A stretch of DNA of 64,000 nt from Candidatus Buchananbacteria bacterium (GTDB lineage Bacteria; Patescibacteriota; Patescibacteriia; 2-01-FULL-39-33; JBAYJR01), in NCBI GenBank assembly GCA_041665005.1, contig JBAYJR010000007.1, forward strand, positions 3,061 to 67,060, written 5' to 3'. Positions 58,054 through 64,000 of this stretch are shown piece after piece. Both the position numbers and the translations under genes were made by a program. A model generated the notes under the pieces. It did no database searches and had not been told where the DNA came from. It was given only the letters and a program-made list of their open reading frames with translations. Within the stretch, counting starts at the first letter, position 1; every line of letters begins with the position of its first letter.

Positions 58054-58797
58054 TTAAAACAAACGATCCTTGCCGACAATAAAAGGAATTTTTTGTTTTT
58101 CAATTTTGATCGTAACGGGGGTTTTTAAAGTTTTTTGTTGATCAATTCTAATGACTGTTGATTTTTTAGCTGACAGGTTAATTTTTCTGACTAAAAATTT
58201 AGAAAGGGGGATTTGTTTGGTTCTAAAAAATGAAAGACTGGAAGGTTTTTCTTTAATTACTATTTCGAAAAAACCATCTTGGGGTTTAGCAAATTCGCCA
58301 TTAATAAAATCCAAATTGCAAATTTTTACCTCGGTTTTATTGGAAGTTAAGGTTAAAAAGTAACTTTGATCGCATTCTAAAATTAAGGGTTCGCCCGGTA
58401 AAATAATAGAAGTTAAGAAATAATAGTCGTTAACTAAACCAACGTCAATTTTTTCTATTTTTCGGCCGGCTAAAATATCACAGGCAGCTAAAGGGTCGGG
58501 TAGACCAAGAATTTTGGCCAAAGTCTGTGGTTGGCCTAAAGGGATAAAACCAAAAGTGACGTCAAGATCCGCGGCCAAATTTAAGACCTGGTTAACTGTT
58601 TGGTCGTTTCCGACAATGATTAAGTTTTTTAAACCACGCTTAAGTTCGTCCGTTAAAATACTGCGAATATTCTTTAGAAAAGACAGGCGGTTTATTTTTC
58701 CATTAATACCCAGCTGGGTTAGTCGTGCCTCAACGCGAGCTAAGTTAGTGGCGTATTTATTTTCTGACAGACAAGAATCGTACAAGTAACTGTACAT
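58054..58797 (-). CDS. DAGK_cat/YegS-like lipid kinase family protein with degenerate GGDG motif
   Basis: IIVGNDQTVNQVLN in place of GGDGT; IEKIDVGLVNDYYF. Confidence 0.5.
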   Translation of the reverse strand: MYSYLYDSCLSENKYATNLARVEARLTQLGINGKINRLSFLKNIRSILTDELKRGLKNLIIVGNDQTVNQVLNLAADLDVTFGFIPLGQPQTLAKILGLPDPLAACDILAGRKIEKIDVGLVNDYYFLTSIILPGEPLILECDQSYFLTLTSNKTEVKICNLDFINGEFAKPQDGFFEIVIKEKPSSLSFFRTKQIPLSKFLVRKINLSAKKSTVIRIDQQKTLKTPVTIKIEKQKIPFIVGKDRLF

Positions 58798-58818
58798 AAA
58801 GTAAAAAGGATTAGCGGG

Positions 58819-59262
58819 TTATTTTTTGCTTTTGGTGGGAGTAGGAGTCTCGGCCGGTAAATCTTCTAGTTCAATTTTTTCTTGACGAATGGATTCTGGT
58901 CGGTCGCTTTTTGTTCGCTTATCGTCCATCAAACATTTGCCGTTTAAAGAAGCGCCGGCGGCCATAGAGATGATTTTAGTGCGGATATCGCCAAAGATTT
59001 TAGCGGAAGCAGTTAATTCTAATTTTTCTTTAATTTTAATATTACCTTGAACTTCACCAGAAATAATTGCGTTAGTGGCTTGGATGTTAGCAAAAATTTT
59101 GGCTTTTTCTCCGACTTTTAGGTTTTTTTCGGTGCGTAAGTTGCCGATAACCGAACCTTCAACAACAACGTCGCCCTCGGTAATTAGGTCGCCTTCAACC
59201 CTAACGGAAGGGCCAATTAAGGTGACGATGGAGTCTTTGGTGATTGGTTCATTGCTAAACAT
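58819..59262 (-). CDS. bactofilin (polymer-forming cytoskeletal protein)
   Basis: Beta-helical repeats: VEGDL.TEGDVVVEG.V.GN......L.VG..A.I.A.I.A....ISG.V.GNI. Confidence 0.7.
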   Translation of the reverse strand: MFSNEPITKDSIVTLIGPSVRVEGDLITEGDVVVEGSVIGNLRTEKNLKVGEKAKIFANIQATNAIISGEVQGNIKIKEKLELTASAKIFGDIRTKIISMAAGASLNGKCLMDDKRTKSDRPESIRQEKIELEDLPAETPTPTKSKK

Positions 59263-59405
59263 AAGTTTTTGTCTTATAAAATTAAAATTTATAAATGGTT
59301 TGAATAATTACTATCTAAATTTTAGGTGATTAACGGCCACTTGTCAAAGGGATAAAGTTATGCTATACTCTTTAAAGTTTTTTAAGTCTTGAATAGTTTG
59401 AAATT

Positions 59406-59675
59406 ATGGCAAATATTAAAGCCGCCGCCAAAGCTTGGCGCAAAAACATTAAACAGCGGGCGCACAACAACCAAATAAAAGAACAATTAAGAAATTTGGT
59501 TAAATTGGCACGCAAAGAAGTCTTGGCCAAACAATCCGAGAAGGCCATAGCCGGGGTTAAGGTTGCTATTAAAGCCTTAGACAAAGCTAGGCAAAAAGGT
59601 ATTATCAAAAAAAATAACGCCGCTCGGCGCAAGTCTCGTTTGATGAAAAAATTGAATTCTTTAAACAAAAGCTAA
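59406..59675 (+). CDS. rpsT: 30S ribosomal protein S20
   Basis: MANIKAAAKAWRKNIKQRAHN. Confidence 0.85.
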   Translation: MANIKAAAKAWRKNIKQRAHNNQIKEQLRNLVKLARKEVLAKQSEKAIAGVKVAIKALDKARQKGIIKKNNAARRKSRLMKKLNSLNKS

Positions 59676-60703
59676 GTAGTTAGCTTAGTAAAAAGCAGAT
59701 CAAGTAAAACCACCGGTTTAGCTTGACTGCTTTTTATTTTGGCCTCGGTTTCCAAAATTGCCTGGTAAATATTTTTTAATTCTAACAAGGAGAAATTTTT
59801 TAGTTGATTGTAGGCTTTTTGGACGGTAAAAGGTTTTTCTTCCAGTTCTTTGGCAATTTTTTCGGGCGAAAGATAACCGCCCTGGCGATCCAGTAAATCT
59901 TTAGTTCGGATTAACACCCGAAAGTACCAAGTTAACCTGGTTAAAATGGCTAATTCCGAATCACCGGCGGCTAATTGTTGCTGGAGGAGTTTGCTGGCCA
60001 GTTTTTTATTTTTTTGACCAACCGCATCAATTAGTTTAAAAATATCTTCGCTGGCCAAAGCTAAAACATTTTCTTTGACATCTGTGGCGGTAATTTCAGC
60101 GTCTAATTTTAGAGCAATTAGTTTGTTTAATTCTTGTTGTAATCTAAATAAATCATTGCCCACTAAAAAGACTAGGGAATTAATGGCTTCGGAACTAATT
60201 TTAGCTTGCTGGGTAGTAGTAGCGGTCCTTAACCAAAGAGTTAATTCTTGGTCAGTAAGCGGCGTAAATTCTTGCCAGTAGACCTGGGTGTCTTTATTTG
60301 GTTTGAGTCTAGTTTGACCTAAATTAAAAGCAGTCTTAGTCTTAATTGCTTGGCTTAATAATTCCGGTAATTTTTGACGGCGATCGTTAGTAGCAAATTC
60401 AGGCTCCCAAAAAACCACAATATTATCTAGCTGCCAATTTTTTTCAATCAACCAATCTTTAATTTTTTCAAGTTCTGCCTTTTTGCCATTAGTAATTAAG
60501 TTTTTAGTAATGATCAATTTTTTTTCAGCTAAAAAAGCACTGGACATTACGGCTTGTTGCCAGGCCCCCAGGGTTAGGTTTTCTCCGGTTAATTTAATTA
60601 CGTTTAAACCAGACTTATCTTTTTCTTTGATAAATTTTTGTTCTAATTCTTGCAATTTTTGTTGGCTCCGAAAGGTGTCAGGCCCAAACAGAAAAAATAA
60701 CAT
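59672..60703 (-). CDS. holA: DNA polymerase III delta subunit
   Basis: An MLFFLFGPD N-terminus, about 340 aa and the position beside rpsT. Confidence 0.7.
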   Translation of the reverse strand: MLFFLFGPDTFRSQQKLQELEQKFIKEKDKSGLNVIKLTGENLTLGAWQQAVMSSAFLAEKKLIITKNLITNGKKAELEKIKDWLIEKNWQLDNIVVFWEPEFATNDRRQKLPELLSQAIKTKTAFNLGQTRLKPNKDTQVYWQEFTPLTDQELTLWLRTATTTQQAKISSEAINSLVFLVGNDLFRLQQELNKLIALKLDAEITATDVKENVLALASEDIFKLIDAVGQKNKKLASKLLQQQLAAGDSELAILTRLTWYFRVLIRTKDLLDRQGGYLSPEKIAKELEEKPFTVQKAYNQLKNFSLLELKNIYQAILETEAKIKSSQAKPVVLLDLLFTKLTT

Positions 60704-60829
60704 AGTAAAGGGTTAAGGGAAAAATTTTAGTAGTGGCTTTACCACTATTTTAGCCTAAGCAGCAACTATTGACAAGAAGTAGTAAAAGGATTAAATTAGG
60801 AAAAGAAAAATGCAATTAAGGAGGAAAAA

Positions 60830-61129
60830 ATGAGTGAAAAGGATAAGGTTGATAAGGATATAGCACAACAAGTGGTTAGCTTAGTTGAGGAAAACGCAAG
60901 GCTGGATAAGGAAAATAAAGCCTTGCAAGCCAAAGTTGTTGAATTGCGGAACCAAGTAAGATTGGCGGATGAACATGAATTGGTGTTCAAGACCGTGGAA
61001 AGATGCGTGGTCTGTAAACAGGTCATGCCCGCACTCAGCTTAAACGGCACCACTTGCAATAATGTAAAATGTCGCGAGGGATTAGCGACTTATATTGCAA
61101 CAATCAAAACTTTAATGGACAACCGATGA
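60830..61129 (+). CDS. small coiled-coil + zinc-ribbon protein
   Basis: An AAGGAGG RBS and CVVC...C...C Cys pairs. Confidence 0.5.
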   Translation: MSEKDKVDKDIAQQVVSLVEENARLDKENKALQAKVVELRNQVRLADEHELVFKTVERCVVCKQVMPALSLNGTTCNNVKCREGLATYIATIKTLMDNR

Positions 61130-61139
61130 CACTAAACAA

Positions 61140-61171
61140 GCCAGTTGAAAAGTAATCAGCTGGCCTTTTTT
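61140..61171. terminator. intrinsic terminator (gccagttg/cagctggc + T6)
   Basis: An 8-bp stem with one mismatch. Confidence 0.5.
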
Positions 61172-61188
61172 ATTTAAAATTATCTTTA

Positions 61189-63894
61189 CTAGCTAGTTAG
61201 AGGTTTGGTTTGGCCCCAATTGTTTCCTACTTCTACTTCCACCCCAATTGGCACGCGTAATTTAAAAATTTTACTCATTGTCTCATCAACAAATTTAGCT
61301 ACTTTAGCTACTTCGGAAGTGGGAGTTTCAAAGACTAATTCATCATGAACTTGCAGTAACATTTTAGATTTTGGCGAAACTTGCGGTAGCTCTAGTTGAA
61401 TCTTAATCATCGCTAGTTTAATTAAATCAGCGGCGGTGCCTTGAATGGGTGTATTGACGGCAATGCGTTCGGCCCCGGAACGGATTTGCTGGACGCCGGA
61501 ATTAATTTCGGGAATGTAGCGGCGGCGACCAAAAATAGTTTCTACGTAACCGTTTTCTCTGGCGTATTCAATGGTTTCTTGTAGGTATTCTTGAACTCGT
61601 TGATAATTGGCAAAATAACGTTCAATAAAGTCACGGGCTTTATCCATAGAGACTCCTGTGCCCTGGGCTAAGCCATAAACACCCATACCGTAAATTACTC
61701 CAAAGTTAACGGCCTTGGCTTCACGTCGTTGGGCACTGGTTACCTCGGTTAAAGGGATATCATAAATATCGGCGGCGGTGCGGGTATGAATGTCTTCGCC
61801 GTCTTCAAAAGCTTTAATCATTTTAGGGTCATTAGCTAAAGAAGCAACTACCCGTAATTCAATTTGCGAATAGTCAGCCGAAATTATTTGATAGCCCGGT
61901 GGAGCAATAAAAGCCCGCCGAATTTTTTTGCCTAAATCGGTACGAATCGGAATATTTTGTAAATTTGGTTCCGAGGAAGATAGCCGACCCGTCGCGGTAA
62001 CGGTTTGGTTGAAACTGGTGTGTAGTCGTTTGTCTTGCGGGTCAATCAATTCTGGCAAAGCGACTAAGTAAGTACTTTGTAGTTTGGCTAATTCGCGGTA
62101 GTCTTTGATTAAAGGAATAATCGGGTGCGCCTTGGTTAATTTATCCAGTTCATCAGCGGCCGTGGAAAAACCGGTTTTGGTTTTGCCCACCCCCCAAGTG
62201 GAAATTTTTAATTTGCCAAATAAAATTTCTTTTAGCTGTTTAGGTGAGGCAATGTTAAATTCTTCTCCCGCCGACTGATAAATTTTAGCCGTTAGTTGCT
62301 CAAGTTCGGTGGCGACTTCGTTAGACATTTGATTTAAAAATTTAGTGTCAAGCAAAATTCCATTTTTTTCAATTTGGGCTAATACTTCTACTAAGGGCAA
62401 ATCAATTTTGTTAAACACGCCGAGCAAATTTTCTTGCTCTAATTTAGCCGACAAAACTTCATACAGTCGCCAAGTCCAATCCGCGTCCTCACAAGAATAA
62501 ATGGAAACTTTTTCTACTGGTACCTCGGCTAAAGTAATTTGGTTTTTACCTCTGCCGATCAAGTCTTCAATCGGTTGGGTTTGCACGCCAAATTCGGCAA
62601 AGACCGCACCATCCAAACTGTGTTGGCGGCTACCGGGGTTTAGTAAATAAGAGGCTAGCATGGTGTCAAAATATAAACCATTTACGGCTAAGCCCACGGT
62701 CATTAGGGCCTCAATATCATATTTAGCATTATGAGCAATTTTTTTAATTTTAGCCTCAGCAAAGTATGGTGCTAAAGTTTTTAACCAGTCCGGATGAGCG
62801 GCAGTATTTAGGTAATAAGCTTGGGTTTTCTGCCAGCAAAAAGAAATACCTAAAAGCTTACTTTGCCAAACATTAGTGCTAGTGGTTTCGGTGTCCCAGG
62901 CCCATTCGGTTTGTTTAGTAAATTCGGTTAGAAATTTTTTAAAGGTGGCTTCGTCGTCGATTAACAGGTAATTAATGCCAACTTGTTTTTTGGTATTTAG
63001 GGCTTGCTGGTCCGCCATTTTAGCCGGTAGCTTACTGAGCAAGCTTTTGAATTCTAGTTTTTGAAATAAATTAACCAGCTTATCGGCGTCATAAGTAGTC
63101 AGCTGGCAATCGGTCAGTTTAAAGTCAATTGGTGTGTCAGTTTTAATAGTGACTAATTCTTTACTTAGTTTAGCTTCGGCTGTTTGGGTAGCTAATTTTT
63201 CTTTCACTGCCGGCTTTATGTTGGGGTCGGTTAAATGTTTATAAAGGTTGTCTAAGGTTTTATATTTAATAATTAATTCCTGCGCAGTTTTTTCGCCAAT
63301 ACCTTTAACCCCGGGAATATTATCAGAAGGATCGCCACGTAGCGCTTTATAATCAATCATTTGGTTCGGGTTTAAACCATAACGCTCTTTAACGGCCGCC
63401 GCGTCATAGGTGATAGTGTCAGAAATTCCTTTGTGTAAAGATAAAACTTTAACTTGATCGGTGATTAATTGTAAGGTGTCTAAATCGCCAGTAGCAATGA
63501 TAACGTCCAAGTTTTTTTGGTTGGCTACTTTAGTAGCAATAGTGCCAATTAGGTCGTCCGCTTCAAAACCAGCCAGTTCATAAATTGGTAAATTAAAAGC
63601 AGCAATAATTTCTTTGATAAGGGGAATTTGGGCGTAGAGTTCGTCTGGTCTTTTTTCACGTTGTGCTTTGTATTCCACAAAGGCTTCGTGCCGAAAAGTT
63701 TTTTCTTTACGATCAAAGGTAACGGCCACATAATCCGGTTTAAGATCTTTGATTAATTTTAAAAAGATCATGGCAAAACCATAAACCGCGTTAACTAGCG
63801 TTCCGTCTTTGGTTTGCAGTGGTGGTAAGGCATGGTAAGCTCGGTGCAAGATAGCGTTACCATCAATAATTACTAATTTTTCTTTTTTGGACAT
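61189..63894 (-). CDS. polA: DNA polymerase I
   Basis: 5'-3' exonuclease N-terminus, a 3'-5' exonuclease-like middle region and polymerase motifs (RRxAKxxNFGxxYG, VHDE). Confidence 0.9.
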   Translation of the reverse strand: MSKKEKLVIIDGNAILHRAYHALPPLQTKDGTLVNAVYGFAMIFLKLIKDLKPDYVAVTFDRKEKTFRHEAFVEYKAQREKRPDELYAQIPLIKEIIAAFNLPIYELAGFEADDLIGTIATKVANQKNLDVIIATGDLDTLQLITDQVKVLSLHKGISDTITYDAAAVKERYGLNPNQMIDYKALRGDPSDNIPGVKGIGEKTAQELIIKYKTLDNLYKHLTDPNIKPAVKEKLATQTAEAKLSKELVTIKTDTPIDFKLTDCQLTTYDADKLVNLFQKLEFKSLLSKLPAKMADQQALNTKKQVGINYLLIDDEATFKKFLTEFTKQTEWAWDTETTSTNVWQSKLLGISFCWQKTQAYYLNTAAHPDWLKTLAPYFAEAKIKKIAHNAKYDIEALMTVGLAVNGLYFDTMLASYLLNPGSRQHSLDGAVFAEFGVQTQPIEDLIGRGKNQITLAEVPVEKVSIYSCEDADWTWRLYEVLSAKLEQENLLGVFNKIDLPLVEVLAQIEKNGILLDTKFLNQMSNEVATELEQLTAKIYQSAGEEFNIASPKQLKEILFGKLKISTWGVGKTKTGFSTAADELDKLTKAHPIIPLIKDYRELAKLQSTYLVALPELIDPQDKRLHTSFNQTVTATGRLSSSEPNLQNIPIRTDLGKKIRRAFIAPPGYQIISADYSQIELRVVASLANDPKMIKAFEDGEDIHTRTAADIYDIPLTEVTSAQRREAKAVNFGVIYGMGVYGLAQGTGVSMDKARDFIERYFANYQRVQEYLQETIEYARENGYVETIFGRRRYIPEINSGVQQIRSGAERIAVNTPIQGTAADLIKLAMIKIQLELPQVSPKSKMLLQVHDELVFETPTSEVAKVAKFVDETMSKIFKLRVPIGVEVEVGNNWGQTKPLTS

Positions 63895-64000
63895 AGTTTA
63901 GAGTTATTCTACCTTATTTTTTAGCTTTTAGCATCCTCATCAGCCGGCTTACTAATATTCCATAAAAGATTAAACATGGTTAGCATCATTTGTTTGTATT

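Noticed and set aside
1-64000. CRISPR arrays, transposases, integrases or prophage genes
   Set aside because: No direct-repeat/spacer periodicity was seen, and no ORF carries DDE transposase, tyrosine/serine recombinase, cas, terminase or capsid motifs.

Overview
This window is AT-rich and densely packed with genes. Small proteins, many tRNAs without encoded CCA, lamin-tail-domain surface proteins and an archaeal-type PGI/PMI are consistent with a Patescibacteria/CPR-like bacterium, though that placement is an inference. The window contains the chromosomal origin neighbourhood: dnaN<-dnaA<- [DnaA boxes] ->rpmH-rnpA-yidD-yidC. Housekeeping genes include gyrA, ruvB, queA, ruvC, a PBP1A, clpP, nrnA-like DHH, rpmF, nusB, rnc, pilT, hup, ymdB, rny, rpsT, holA and polA. 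I call eight tRNAs by hand folding.

The most interesting regions are:
- a CsoR/RcnR-family repressor with Cys-x-x-Cys in place of the His-Cys copper ligands. Its 19-bp palindromic operator sits in the spacer of its own promoter and recurs at two other loci.
- two stand-alone promoter-to-terminator small transcripts at 3.7-4.3 kb. One carries two Shine-Dalgarno-led micro-ORFs; the other is a C-rich non-coding RNA.
- a block of uncharacterised W/C-rich proteins with a TrmB-like regulator at 4.4-8.6 kb, next to tRNA-Ala.
- a tandem array of six VirB2/TrbC-like (PF18895-type) pilin paralogs at 26.2-29.0 kb, with an internal consensus promoter, a recently duplicated pair and an EGF-like Cys-rich tail.
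- a polyprenol-phosphate-mannose-type glycosylation operon at 29-38 kb (GT-C membrane proteins, two Dpm1-like GT2s and PGI/PMI), plus a Wzx flippase and an O-antigen-ligase-like gene.

I found no CRISPR array, transposase or integrase. All calls rest on motif recognition by eye; no searches were run.
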